The translations under genes were made by a program, and so were the position numbers. Below the pieces are notes generated by a model, which saw nothing but the letters and a program-made list of their open reading frames with translations, made no database searches and was not told the DNA's origin. Of a DNA stretch of 64,000 bases, positions 32,934-43,128 are shown one piece after another. Each line of letters opens with the position of its first letter. Positions within the stretch are counted from its first letter, which is position 1. The stretch lies in NCBI GenBank assembly GCA_963816395.1, contig CAWFKQ010000009.1, positions 256,001-320,000 on the forward strand, read 5' to 3'. This DNA is from an uncultured delta proteobacterium (GTDB lineage Bacteria; Desulfobacterota; Desulfuromonadia; Desulfuromonadales; JACZKF01).

Positions 32934-32960
32934 AGGCGTCCCGTACGGGGCGCCTTTTTT
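32934..32960 (+). terminator. Intrinsic terminator after sfrA
   Basis: AAGGCGTCCC-GTAC-GGGGCGCC followed by TTTTTT. Confidence 0.8.
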
Positions 32961-32979
32961 CACCCCATTCGGAGCGGCG

Positions 32980-33056
32980 GTCATTGGTCATTGACGATCG
33001 GCGGACTTGGTCAGACAATGGTTTCAATAAGTGACAGGTGACCAATGACCAATGAC
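32980..33056. repeat. Inverted heptanucleotide tandem repeat
   Basis: GTCATTG GTCATTG ... AGGTGAC CAATGAC CAATGAC. Confidence 0.7.
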
Positions 33057-34415
33057 GCTTTCCCTTATCAGCTCCGCCGTTATCTCGGGAAAAGCGCGGT
33101 ATTGCCGGCCCCTGGCTGCTGGAGGGAGCCGGCGGTCGCGATTTCGCCGGGGCGGTGGTGATTCCCGCCCTCGCCGAGGAGACAAGCCTCTATTCCACCC
33201 TCGACAGCCTGGCCGCCAACCCGCCGGAAATCCTGACCCGGTTTCTGGCGGTGGTGGTGGTCAATCATCCAATCGATGCCGGGGACACAATAAAGGAAGA
33301 GAACCGGCGCACCCTGTGCCGGCTGCCTGGGGCCGCCGCCGGTCTGCCCCTGGCCTGGGTGGACGCCGCCTCGCCGGGGCGGGAACTGCCGGTCGGGGAA
33401 GGAGTGGGCCTGGCACGCAAGCTCGGTTTCGATCTGGTGCTGGAGCGGCTTGCCTGGGGTTCGGCGCCGCCGCTGCTCATCGCTCTGGATGCCGATACCC
33501 TGGTGCGTCCCGATTATCTGGCGGCGATCGAGGATCATTTCCGCCGGGTGCCTGAAGGTGGGGCGATCGTTCCCTTCTGCCATCAGCGCGGAGAAACGCC
33601 GGAGCAGGACCGGGCCATCGCCCATTATGAACTCTTCCTGCGCAGCTATGCCCTGGGACTGGCCCTGGCCGGCTCCCCCTATGCCTTTCCCACCGTCGGC
33701 AGTGCCATGGCCTGTCGCGCCGACGCCTACCTGCAGGCCGGCGGCATGAACCGCCGGGCAGCCGGCGAAGACTTCTATTTCCTGCAACAACTGGTCAAGA
33801 CCGCCGGGGTGGCGCCGCTGCGCGGCACGGTGGTCCGTCCTTCCGCCCGCTCCTCCCGGCGCACCCCTTTCGGCACCGGCCGCAGCGTCGCGCGCCTGCT
33901 CGCCGGCGGCCAAGGCCTGGACTTTCACCAGGCCGACTCCTTCCGGCTGCTCGGTGGCTGGCTGGCGTTGGCGGATGCTGCCTGGCAGGCACCGGCCAAC
34001 GGCCATTCTGCTGGCGGCGCGAGAGCTTTCCCCCGTCCTGGGCAACTACCTGGAGCAGGCCGGCCTGCCTGCGGTCTGGCCCCGTCTGCAGCGCCAGCAC
34101 CGTACCCGGCCTGCCTTTTGCAGCGCCTTCCACGGCTGGTTCGACGCCCTGAAGACCCGCAAGCTGATCCATCTTCTGTCCTGCGGCCCTTTCCCCGACC
34201 AGCCGCCTGATCAGGCGTTGCCGCCGCTCCTAAGGTGGGCGGGCTTCCCGGTGACGGCGGATCTCTTTACCCAATTAGCCCTGCTGCGGGGCTGTCCGGC
34301 ACCGCCGGGCCCTGCGGATGAATGCGAAGATGAATTTGAGCTTTGCCTGAGGCGCTGTAATGTTGTAGGATTTGACAGCACCCCGCTGCAGGCGGCAGAA
34401 ATGACCGGGGATTGA
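33052..34415 (+). CDS. Glycosyltransferase family 2-like protein (frameshifts ~33065-33115 and ~33995)
   Basis: VVIPALAE, GVGLARKLG.D, LDAD, AGEDFYFL, SxRTPFGTG, WFDALKT spread over several frames. Confidence 0.72.
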
Positions 34416-34416
34416 T

Positions 34417-34797
34417 ATGAGTGAAACACCAGATACTCTCCAGGGGAACAAAAGGGCCAGGTTGCGGGCACCGCTGCTGGTGCTGAAGGTGCGGCTGGAG
34501 GATAACGGGCGGGTCTTCTTCGGCTATGCCAGCAACATCAGCCGCAGTGGCATCTTCATCGCCACCACCAACCCCCGCGAGCCAGGCAGTCAATTCAAGG
34601 TGGAGATTCCTCTTCCGGCCCCTCTCGGCATGGTCGTGCAATGCACCTGTGAGGTCGTCTGGAAGCGGGAATTCAGTCGTAAATCCCTCCATGACCCGGG
34701 CATGGGACTCAAATTTCTCGATCTGCCCGAGGCAACCGCCGAGAGCATCGATGCCTGGGTGAAGACCCAGATCGAGCCGCCGCCGGAAAAAGACTGA
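34417..34797 (+). CDS. PilZ domain protein (TIGR02266-like)
   Basis: RARLR, NISRSGIFI, EVVW, GMGLKF. Confidence 0.9.
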   Translation: MSETPDTLQGNKRARLRAPLLVLKVRLEDNGRVFFGYASNISRSGIFIATTNPREPGSQFKVEIPLPAPLGMVVQCTCEVVWKREFSRKSLHDPGMGLKFLDLPEATAESIDAWVKTQIEPPPEKD

Positions 34798-35164
34798 AAG
34801 TTCCCTCGCTCTGCAGAGGCTTCATGCCAGGGCCCTCGCCTGCCAATTTTACCCTCAGCTGCCGAATAGTCTCCCGCCCAACGCGCATTCACTTGCCCGC
34901 GAGCATTCTCCTGCGCCGCGGGGAAATTTTTCCGTGCAGAAAACTGCCTCCATGCTCCAGCCTCGAATCTCCGCCAAAAAGCCCCCTCGGCCCGGGTAAA
35001 AACGGCAAGGGCACCTGGGTTTCCCAAGTCGATGTCAGGAAAAGGGCAGGCGGCCGACCTGGGTAGAGTTTCCCCTGTTTGACAATAATGAAACCCTCGA
35101 TGATAATTTTATGAAGCCGGCTCAATGCCGTAAGGTGCATTCAACCCCAAGGGAGGAGACGAGC

Positions 35165-35662
35165 ATGCCACAGGAATTCAATTTGCAGGAAGCACTCAAG
35201 ATGGCTATTCAGACGGAGAAAAACGTCGGCGATTTTTACCGGCGAGCGGCGGAAATCACCCAGGACCCACAGGGCAGGAAGGTTTTCGAACTGCTCGCCC
35301 GGGAGGAGCGGGAGCACGCCAGCCATTTCTTCCCGCTTTACCACGGAGAAGACCTGGGGAGCTTCGAGGAATTCATGGCCCGTCCGGCCAAGACCGATAC
35401 CGCCATGCACAAGGCGCTGGCGAAAGCCCTTGACGAAAACGTGCACGAGCGCAAGGCAATGGAAATCGCCCTGCGGGAGGAGGAGGATCTGGAGAAGAAC
35501 CTGCGCCTGACCGCCACCAGGATCATCGATCCGGCGGTCCGGGGCGTCTTCGAGAAAATGGCGCAGGAAACCCATAATCACTACGAACTGATCGAGTCGG
35601 AATATGCCCGCCTGATGGCCATGGTCCACGAGACCGATATCGATACCTATGTCCGCGAGTAG
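35165..35662 (+). CDS. Ferritin/rubrerythrin-like diiron protein
   Basis: ALKMAIQTE..FY, EEREH, ETHNH ExxH motifs; TTGACA-17-GATAAT promoter at 35089. Confidence 0.88.
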   Translation: MPQEFNLQEALKMAIQTEKNVGDFYRRAAEITQDPQGRKVFELLAREEREHASHFFPLYHGEDLGSFEEFMARPAKTDTAMHKALAKALDENVHERKAMEIALREEEDLEKNLRLTATRIIDPAVRGVFEKMAQETHNHYELIESEYARLMAMVHETDIDTYVRE

Positions 35663-35945
35663 TCTTCTGCCGCTTTTGCTCCTCAGCGTTTGCCTGCTCC
35701 CGGCGCCGCTGGCCGCGGTGGAAAACCTGGGCGGGCACTTTCGTGATCCGGCAGAATTCCGGCAGGTCATCGATCTCCGCTGCGTCGGCTGCCACGACCG
35801 CGAGCGGGTCGAGCAGGCCCGGCGCCGGCAGGAGGCGCTGGAACCGCTGATGCGGCGGATGGCCGAGCACGGGGCGGTCCTCAGTCCCCGGGAGCGGGAA
35901 GTGCTCGGCGCGTTCTGGGGTTCGCCATTGCGGGATAAAGAATAA
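35649..35945 (+). CDS. Small periplasmic monoheme c-type cytochrome
   Basis: Signal peptide, CVGCH, distal Met candidates (MRRM). Confidence 0.75.
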   Translation: MSASSLLPLLLLSVCLLPAPLAAVENLGGHFRDPAEFRQVIDLRCVGCHDRERVEQARRRQEALEPLMRRMAEHGAVLSPREREVLGAFWGSPLRDKE

Positions 35946-35972
35946 TTTCGCCTCTCGGTTTCGAGTCGCCGG

Positions 35973-36008
35973 CCGGCGGTAAAGGAGCGATTGCTCCTTT
36001 ACCGCCGG
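35973..36008. other. Perfect 16-bp stem-loop overlapping the putative radC promoter
   Basis: CCGGCGGTAAAGGAGC-GATT-GCTCCTTTACCGCCGG. Confidence 0.7.
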
Positions 36009-36049
36009 TCTGTTATGGTGGTGCATCCAAATCTCAGGAGGGGGAAATC

Positions 36050-36736
36050 ATGCGACGGATCAAGGATTGGCCGGCTGCGGAGCGGCCGCGGGAGAAGCTT
36101 CTGCAGCGCGGCGCCGAGGCCCTGAGCGATGCCGAACTGCTGGCCCTGGTGCTGCGCACCGGCGATGCCGCCTCGGGAATGAGCGCCCTCGACCACGCCC
36201 GCCTGCTGCTGACCCGCTTCGGCTCCCTGCGCGAGCTGGCCCGGGCGACCATCAGCGAACTCTGCCTGGTGAAGGGGATCGGCCCGGCCAAAGCGGCGGA
36301 GCTCCAGGCGGTCTTCCAGATCGCCCGGCGTTTCGGCACCGAAGTCCTGCGGCCGGGGGAGCGCTTCACCTCATCGGCGGAAGTCTTCCGCCACTATCAC
36401 GAGCGGCTGCGCGACCACAAGCGGGAGGTCTTCCTCGCCCTGCTCCTGGACGGTAAAAACCGGGTGATCCGCGAAGTGCAGGTTTCCGAGGGGAGCCTGA
36501 CCGCCAGCATCGTTCACCCGCGCGAGGTCTTCGCGCCGGTGGTGCGGGAATCGGCGGCGGCGGTTCTCTTCATCCACAATCATCCCTCCGGTGATCCCAC
36601 TCCCAGCCGCGAGGACCTGGAAATCACCACCCGCCTGCGCGAGGCTGGCGAGCTGATGGGAGTGCGGGTCCTGGACCACATCATCATCGGCAGCGGCGAA
36701 TACGTGAGTTTCGTCGATCGCGGCTTGCTGGGGTGA
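36050..36736 (+). CDS. radC: RadC family (JAB domain) protein
   Basis: ERPREKL, VHPREVF, HNHPSGDPTPS.ED, LDHIII. Confidence 0.97.
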   Translation: MRRIKDWPAAERPREKLLQRGAEALSDAELLALVLRTGDAASGMSALDHARLLLTRFGSLRELARATISELCLVKGIGPAKAAELQAVFQIARRFGTEVLRPGERFTSSAEVFRHYHERLRDHKREVFLALLLDGKNRVIREVQVSEGSLTASIVHPREVFAPVVRESAAAVLFIHNHPSGDPTPSREDLEITTRLREAGELMGVRVLDHIIIGSGEYVSFVDRGLLG

Positions 36737-36933
36737 ATACAATCTGCGGGACCGCTGGTTTCCAGGCCCGTTGATCCCCTGGCCGGTAAAAACCCGAAAT
36801 TCAGATTTCAGCCGGGCGGATCGCCAGCGAAACGAATCGCCCCCGGTTGATTCTCTTTTTCTCCCCGTGTTAATCTGATGTCTCTTTCACCGCCGGGCTG
36901 CAACCCGGCTTTCTTTTCTTTTGGTGAGACTGC

Positions 36934-39315
36934 ATGAAGTCGAAGCTTTCTCCGCAACCTGAACTGCTGGCCCCGGCCGGAAGCCTGGAAGCGTTCTTTG
37001 CCGGCATGGAAAACGGCGCCGATGCCGTCTACACCGGCCTGCGCGATTTTTCCGCCCGGGCCAAGGCGAAAAACGTCAGCCTGGCGGACCTGGAGGGGAT
37101 GCTCCGCTATGCCCACGGCCTCGGCCGGCGGGTGTATGTGACCCTCAACACCCTGGTGAAGGAGGACGAGCTGCCGAAGCTGGTGGAGACCCTGGCCGCC
37201 CTGGAGGCGCTGGCGGTGGACGGGATCATCCTCCAGGATATGGCGGTGTCTCGGCTGGCCCGCCGGCACTTTCCCGATCTGCCCCTGCACGCCAGCACCC
37301 AGATGACGGTACACAATGCGGCCGGGGTGAAGATGCTGGAGCGGCTCGGCTTCTCCCGCGCCGTGCTGGCCCGCGAGCTGTCGCTGGCGGAGATTGCCGC
37401 CATTCGCCGCCAGACCAGCATGGAGCTGGAGCACTTCATTCACGGCGCGCTCTGCTTCTCCCTCTCCGGCCAGTGCTACTTCTCCTCCTGGCTGGGGGGG
37501 AAAAGCGGCAACCGCGGACGCTGCGCCCAGCCGTGCCGGCGCCGCTACCGCTACCGCGGACAGGAAGGATACTACTTCTCGACCAACGATCTCTCGGCCA
37601 TCGACCTGCTCCCCGAGCTGGCCGCCGCCGGGGTGATCAGCTTCAAGATCGAAGGGCGGATGAAGAGCGCCGAGTACGTGGCCAGCGTGGTCGGCGCCTA
37701 CCGGCAGGTCCTCGATGCGGCGCCCGCTCAACGGGCGGCAACGGTACGCGAGGCCAAGGAGCGGCTCAAACTCTCCTTCGGCCGGCTGCCTACCCGGGGT
37801 TTTCTCCCGGGCGGCAAGCCCACCGATATCGCTGTCCCCTCGGTGAAGGGCGCCACCGGCCGTTTCCTCGGCGAGGTGGAGGGGGTGCGAAGTGGGGAAA
37901 TCACCTTTCGCAGCCGCGACCGGCTGCATATCGGCGACCGCCTGCGCATTCAGCCCAAGTCCGATCAGGCCGGGACCGCCTTCACCGTCAAGGAGCTGCG
38001 CCTCGGCCGTCAGCCGGCCAAGGCGGCGCCGGCGGGGGCCATGGTCACGGTTTTCTCTCCATTTCCAAAGGCTTTTCGCAGCGGCGACGCGGTCTTCAAG
38101 GTCTCTTCCGAGCAGGCCTTCACCCTCAGCGAGGCCGCCTGCCGTCGCCGCCTGGCGCAGGCGCCGCCGCCCGCTGAAGCGCTGCGCCTGCAGGTCGGGC
38201 TGGCTGGCGGCGAGCTGCGCCTGCGCGGGGAAGCCGGCGGTATCGTCCTTGAGCGTGCCTATCCGGTGCCGGTTTATCCGGCCAGCGACAGCCCCCTGAC
38301 GGCGGCCACCCTGCAGGGGGTATTTGCCCGCACGGCGGGTGAGCCTTTTATTCTGGAGCATGTGGAAACCGACGATCTGCCGCCGGTGATCATCCCTCCC
38401 AGTCGCCTCAAGGAGGTGCGCCGCGACTTCTACCGGGCGCTGGCCCGGGAGCGGGAGGGGCTGCGGCAGGTCCGCCAGCAGGAGCGGCGGCGCCAGGCCC
38501 TGGCCGATCTTCTGCCGGCGGCGCCACCGCGGCCGGCGACCGGGGGTGAGGTTACCGTCGCCCTCTCTTCCCTGCGCGATGCCCATCTGCTCGGGACTCC
38601 CGGGGTCGACCGCATCCAGGTCCCTCTCACCCCCGCCGCCCTGGCGCATTTCGGGCCAGCCAGCCGCCGCCTGCAGGGCCGGGAAAAGAAAGTTGTCTGG
38701 GATCTTCCCTTCATCATCTTCGACGGCGATTGGGATGGTTATCGCTCCGCGGTGCGCCAGCTGGCCGAGCGCGGCTTCACCCACTTCCGCCTGAACAACC
38801 TCGGGCATTTCACCTTATTTGACGGAATAGAGGGGCTCACCCTGCTGGCCGGTTACCGCCTCTTCTCCCTGAACAGCCAGGCGCTTCTCACCTGGCGGGA
38901 GCTCGGGGTGGCGGAGGCGACCCTTTACCTGGAGGATGACCGGGAGAACCTGCGGCAACTTCTCGGCCGCGAAACCGGCATCCAGGCAGCCATCACCCTC
39001 TTTGCCCCGGTTCCCCTGATCACCTCCCGCATTGCCATCCGCGGTGCCCGCTCCGATACCCCCTTTCTTTCCGACCGGGGCGAGGCCTATCGGGTCGATG
39101 CCCGCTCCGGCCTGACGGTCCTCACCGCCGAAACCGATTTTTCCCTGCTCGGACGGCAGGAGGAGCTGCAGGCAATGGGCTGCTCCCGATTCCTCCTCGA
39201 CCTCTCCGCAACCGGCCCTTTTTCGCCGCGCGGCAAGCAGGTGCTGGAGGCGCTGCGGCGGGGAACCCCCATGGCGGGGACGGCGCCCTTCAACTACGAA
39301 AGGGGAATGGAGTAG
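36934..39315 (+). CDS. U32 'peptidase' family protein (long, RlhA-like RNA hydroxylation type)
   Basis: PELLAPAG, HASTQ, HGALC.S.SGQC, NRGRCAQPCR, KIEGRMK. Confidence 0.9.
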   Translation: MKSKLSPQPELLAPAGSLEAFFAGMENGADAVYTGLRDFSARAKAKNVSLADLEGMLRYAHGLGRRVYVTLNTLVKEDELPKLVETLAALEALAVDGIILQDMAVSRLARRHFPDLPLHASTQMTVHNAAGVKMLERLGFSRAVLARELSLAEIAAIRRQTSMELEHFIHGALCFSLSGQCYFSSWLGGKSGNRGRCAQPCRRRYRYRGQEGYYFSTNDLSAIDLLPELAAAGVISFKIEGRMKSAEYVASVVGAYRQVLDAAPAQRAATVREAKERLKLSFGRLPTRGFLPGGKPTDIAVPSVKGATGRFLGEVEGVRSGEITFRSRDRLHIGDRLRIQPKSDQAGTAFTVKELRLGRQPAKAAPAGAMVTVFSPFPKAFRSGDAVFKVSSEQAFTLSEAACRRRLAQAPPPAEALRLQVGLAGGELRLRGEAGGIVLERAYPVPVYPASDSPLTAATLQGVFARTAGEPFILEHVETDDLPPVIIPPSRLKEVRRDFYRALAREREGLRQVRQQERRRQALADLLPAAPPRPATGGEVTVALSSLRDAHLLGTPGVDRIQVPLTPAALAHFGPASRRLQGREKKVVWDLPFIIFDGDWDGYRSAVRQLAERGFTHFRLNNLGHFTLFDGIEGLTLLAGYRLFSLNSQALLTWRELGVAEATLYLEDDRENLRQLLGRETGIQAAITLFAPVPLITSRIAIRGARSDTPFLSDRGEAYRVDARSGLTVLTAETDFSLLGRQEELQAMGCSRFLLDLSATGPFSPRGKQVLEALRRGTPMAGTAPFNYERGME

Positions 39316-39418
39316 GAAGATTTGCCACCGCCTCCCGGGCCAGCCCGCTTGAGATGCCGTCCGCCCTTGACTATTATTGGAGGAGAAAAGGAACTCGACA
39401 GTCACGGAAGGAGTCATT

Positions 39419-40615
39419 ATGGCAAGCAAGGGCACAATCGGCATCCTCACCGGCGGCGGCGATGTCCCCGGCCTCAATCCGGCCATCCGCGCCGTCACCT
39501 ACCGCGCCCTGCGCGAGGGCTACCGCGTTCTGGGGATCCGCCGCGGCTGGGCCGGGCTGGTGGAGATGAATCCCGACCCGCAGGCGGACAACAGCGCCCA
39601 TGTCCAGGAGCTGACCCAGGAGATCGTCAACCGCGCCGGCCGCACCGGCGGCACCTTTCTGCATACCTCGCGTACCCGCCCCAGCCATCTGCCAAAGACC
39701 AATCTGCCGGCGCACCTGCGCGACAAGTACTCCGAGGACATCAACGATGTCACCCCCGACATCCTGCGCAACCTGGAATTCCTCGGCATCGACTTCCTCA
39801 TACCCATCGGCGGCGACGATACCCTGAGTTATGCCGGACGCCTGCACAACGAGGGAGTGAGAGTGGTGGCTATCCCGAAAACGATGGACAACGATGTCCC
39901 GGGCACCGATTACTGCATCGGTTTCTCCACCTGCGTTACCCGCACCATTGAGCTGACCCACAAGCTGCGCACCTCGGCCGGTTCGCACGAGCGCTTCCTG
40001 GTGCTGGAGGTCTTCGGCCGTTATGCCGGCTTCACCGCCCTGCTGCCGACCATGGCCGGCGCCGCCGACCGCTGCGTCATTCCCGAGCATACTTTCGACA
40101 TGGAGCGGCTGACCGAACTCATGGTCTCCGACCGCAACAATCACCCGAGCAAGTATTCGGTGGTGCTCATCTCCGAGGGGGCGCGCATGGCGCACGAGGA
40201 GGATATGTCCTTTGAGGGGGCGGAGAAGGACCAGTACGGTCATCGCAAGCTGGGGGGAATCGGCGACAAGGTGGCGGCCAAGCTGAAGGAGCTCTCGCCG
40301 AAATACAACGGCGGCCAGCGGATCAACGTGGTCAGCCAGCGCCTCGGCTACCTGGTGCGCTGCGGCGATCCGGACGCCTTCGATTCCATCGTTCCCATGG
40401 CCTTCGGCAACATCGCCCTCGACCTGGTGCTGGAAAATACCTCCGGCCGCCTGGTGATCCTGCACAACGGGGTTTACGACACGGCGCCTATCGACGTCAT
40501 TACCGGCCATCACAAGGTGGTCGACGTCGGCAAGTATTTCCATACTGAACGGCTGCGCCCGAAATACGAGAGTTTTGTGCGCCAACCGCTGTTCATCATG
40601 ACGAGTGAGTATTAA
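39419..40615 (+). CDS. pfkA: 6-phosphofructokinase (PfkA family)
   Basis: LTGGGDVPGLN, GGDDT, PKTMDND, EVFGR. Confidence 0.93.
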   Translation: MASKGTIGILTGGGDVPGLNPAIRAVTYRALREGYRVLGIRRGWAGLVEMNPDPQADNSAHVQELTQEIVNRAGRTGGTFLHTSRTRPSHLPKTNLPAHLRDKYSEDINDVTPDILRNLEFLGIDFLIPIGGDDTLSYAGRLHNEGVRVVAIPKTMDNDVPGTDYCIGFSTCVTRTIELTHKLRTSAGSHERFLVLEVFGRYAGFTALLPTMAGAADRCVIPEHTFDMERLTELMVSDRNNHPSKYSVVLISEGARMAHEEDMSFEGAEKDQYGHRKLGGIGDKVAAKLKELSPKYNGGQRINVVSQRLGYLVRCGDPDAFDSIVPMAFGNIALDLVLENTSGRLVILHNGVYDTAPIDVITGHHKVVDVGKYFHTERLRPKYESFVRQPLFIMTSEY

Positions 40616-40619
40616 ATGC

Positions 40620-40706
40620 AGGCGAGAGGCTAGAGGGAGAACCTGAGGCAAGGGGCCGAAGCGGTGAGCGATTTTCCTCTTGCCTCTAGCCGCTTGCCTC
40701 CAGCCT
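40620..40706. repeat. Inverted heptanucleotide tandem repeat at the pfkA/YkgJ junction
   Basis: AGGCGAG AGGCTAG ... AGGCAAG facing CCTCTTG CCTCTAG CCGCTTG CCTCCAG. Confidence 0.7.
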
Positions 40707-41333
40707 GCGAAAGTCAATGAGCAAAGCCGTAGCGATATAGGTGTCGAGTTCGCCGCCGCCGATCCCCAGGCAGGCGGCGAGCTGCCGCAGCAGCCGTGCT
40801 TCGGTGCTGAACAGGCGGCGGAATCCCCCGCGCAGCTCCGGCATGGCCAGGGGATCGGCGCCGGGGAAATTGCGGGTGCACCAGTCGTCGGCAAAGATCT
40901 CGCCGGAGAGATCGACGTGCGGCAGGCCGTGCAGGCGGCAGAGGAGGGGGCGGCCGCTATAGGCCAGGCAGCGGCCGGCCGCGTCGAGAAGGGGGCAGGG
41001 GGTGGCGTTCTCTTCCGGGGAATCCCACTCGGCCTCCGGCAGCTCATTGAGGAGAAAGGGATGGCCAAAATCGGGCCATTTTGCCTGCAGCCGTCCCAGC
41101 TGCCAGTGCGCCCGGGCCAGGACCGGCTCCCGCCCGGCAGCGGGCAGGAGGGCGAATGCCTCCTGCAGCACCAGGGCATCGAGCAGCGTCACATCGAACA
41201 GGCCGTGACAGCACCCGGCGCAGCCCTCGCCGCAGCGCAGCCGGGTGCCGGCGGCCGCCGCGCAGCGGGCGAACCATTCATCCGCCGCCTCCAGCAGCCC
41301 CCGATACTCTTTCAGCAGTTCCATCCGGACCAA
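40686..41333 (-). CDS. YkgJ family cysteine-cluster protein
   Basis: CGEGCAGCC, CPLL...C.AY..RPLLCRLHG. Confidence 0.9.
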   Translation of the reverse strand: MVRMELLKEYRGLLEAADEWFARCAAAAGTRLRCGEGCAGCCHGLFDVTLLDALVLQEAFALLPAAGREPVLARAHWQLGRLQAKWPDFGHPFLLNELPEAEWDSPEENATPCPLLDAAGRCLAYSGRPLLCRLHGLPHVDLSGEIFADDWCTRNFPGADPLAMPELRGGFRRLFSTEARLLRQLAACLGIGGGELDTYIATALLIDFRRLEASG

Positions 41334-41410
41334 TCTGCGCCCCCCAACTGCGGCAGGGGCGCGAATGCCGCACCCCTGTCATTTAAAACCGTCAGCTCTG
41401 CGGCAACCGG

Positions 41411-42616
41411 CTATTTTTTCTCCTTCTCGCGCAGCCTGGCCTTGAGCAGGTCGCCCAAGGTACCCATCGGTTTCGCCTCCTCCTTCAGGTATTTGCGGTA
41501 ATCCTCGCTCGCCGCTTCCTTCGGCTCCGCTTGGCCCGCTCCCACGGGGGCGAGGGAGATGCGGCGGTTTTCCCGATCGAGACTCTCCACCTGCACTTCC
41601 AGGTTCTGCCCCTCGCTCACCGCCTCGCGCGGGTGCTTGATTCTTTTGCCGCCGCCGAGCTTGGAAATATGCACCAGGCCGTCGATTCCGGCCTCCAGTT
41701 CGACGAAGGCGCCAAAAGGCGCCAGGCGCACGATGCGGCCGCTATGCACCGAGCCTTCCGGATATTTCTGCGGCACCTGCAGCCAGGGGTCGGCCATGGT
41801 TTCCCGCAGACTGAAGGAGAAGCGGTTATGCTCCCAGTCCACCGACTTGACGGCGACTTCCACTTCCTGACCGGGGGAGAGGACCTGGTGAACATCCTCC
41901 ACCCGCCCCCAGCCGAGTTCTGACATCGGGATCAGCCCCTCGACCCCGCCGATATCGACGAAAGCGCCGAAATTCTGCAGAGAAGTGACCGTTCCATGCA
42001 CCGTAATCCCCTCGCGCAGGGTCTCCCTGAGAGCCTCGCGCTGCTTCTGCCGCTCTTCCTCGATGATCGCCCGGTGCGATAGGACGATGTTGCGCCCCCG
42101 CTCGTCATATTGGGTGATGCGGAAGGGCAGGTGGCGGCCGACGAACTGCTCCGGGCTGTCGGTGCGCCGCAGACCGGACTGGGAATAGGGACAGAAGCCG
42201 CGCTGAGTGCCGGCAATGCGCACCTCGTAGCCGCCCTTGATCTCCTTCTCCACCGTTCCCTCCACCGGGATGCCGCTGCGCCAGGCCTCCTCCAGTCGCG
42301 CCTGACCCGCGCCGCCGCCGGAAATCCGGGTGGTGAAGCGCAACTCACCGCCGCTGGCGCCCAGGAAATAGGCGGTGATCCGATCGCCCTCGCCGACGGT
42401 CAGGTTGCCTTGATCGTCGAGCAGTTCCCGGCGGTCCACCACCCCCTCTCCTTTCTGGCCGATGTCGAGGAACACCCAGTCGGCGGTGATCTTCAGGATG
42501 GTTGCCTCGATCTTCTGTCCCGCCTGCAAGCGACTGGAACCGACCAGGCTTTGTTCCAGCAGCTGGGCAAAATTCTCTTCCGGGATCTCGTTGGTTTCCT
42601 TCTCGTCCGTGTCCAT
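41411..42616 (-). CDS. rpsA: Ribosomal protein S1-like protein (four S1 domains)
   Basis: Repeated FGAFV...G.EGL.H.S S1 motifs, C-terminal GTLGDLLK. Confidence 0.85.
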   Translation of the reverse strand: MDTDEKETNEIPEENFAQLLEQSLVGSSRLQAGQKIEATILKITADWVFLDIGQKGEGVVDRRELLDDQGNLTVGEGDRITAYFLGASGGELRFTTRISGGGAGQARLEEAWRSGIPVEGTVEKEIKGGYEVRIAGTQRGFCPYSQSGLRRTDSPEQFVGRHLPFRITQYDERGRNIVLSHRAIIEEERQKQREALRETLREGITVHGTVTSLQNFGAFVDIGGVEGLIPMSELGWGRVEDVHQVLSPGQEVEVAVKSVDWEHNRFSFSLRETMADPWLQVPQKYPEGSVHSGRIVRLAPFGAFVELEAGIDGLVHISKLGGGKRIKHPREAVSEGQNLEVQVESLDRENRRISLAPVGAGQAEPKEAASEDYRKYLKEEAKPMGTLGDLLKARLREKEKK

Positions 42617-42844
42617 GCTTCTGCCTTTTCGGGGAAATGACGCTGGCCGGCGACCGGCCGCTGAGGGCAATTTTCCCACGGGACCGGGGCAGAGTAAAGG
42701 GATAAAGAAATGAATAAGCGGCCGGGTCGGTTTTCCCCCGGCGCGGCCCATGTTAAAATGAAAGAAATCGGGGTCTCGCCCATATTCCGGCGGGGCGCCG
42801 GGAAGTTGGATCTACCGCCTGCGGGCGGGGAAAGGAGACCGGGA

Positions 42845-43039
42845 ATGGAGCGCTCAGAATTTACCGCCTTGTGCAAAGGTGTCGAAACCGGCTCCGCACG
42901 CTTCGTGGAAAACAGGCTGCTGCACACCGTCGGGAAGGTAATCGCCTGCGAGGGCAACCGATTCGAAGTGGAAGTGGAGAATCGCCACGAACAATGGCCA
43001 AGCGAAAACTGCCGGGAGAAGTGGGAAATCTCTTCCTGA
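42845..43039 (+). CDS. Small hypothetical protein (64 aa), paralog of 63091..63279
   Basis: AAAGGAG RBS, downstream terminator, 30/58 gapless identity to the second copy. Confidence 0.85.
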   Translation: MERSEFTALCKGVETGSARFVENRLLHTVGKVIACEGNRFEVEVENRHEQWPSENCREKWEISS

Positions 43040-43051
43040 CCGGCGGATTCG

Positions 43052-43080
43052 GGCCGGGCCCGAGAGCGGGCCCGGCCTTT
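43052..43080. terminator. GC-rich hairpin terminator
   Basis: GGCCGGGCCCG-AGAG-CGGGCCCGGCC-TTT between convergent genes. Confidence 0.7.
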
Positions 43081-43106
43081 ACATTAGTTGAACGATTCGA
43101 TTCCGC

Positions 43107-43128
43107 GTAGGGGCGCTGCTTGCCCCGC
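43107..43128 (+). repeat. Degenerate GTAG-type REP-like element
   Basis: GTAGGGGCGCTGCTTGCCCCGC, similar to 49372-49395. Confidence 0.5.

Noticed and set aside
36050..36736. radC as a marker or target of an integrated element
   Set aside because: Full-length, intact chromosomal-type radC with ordinary neighbours and no integrase.
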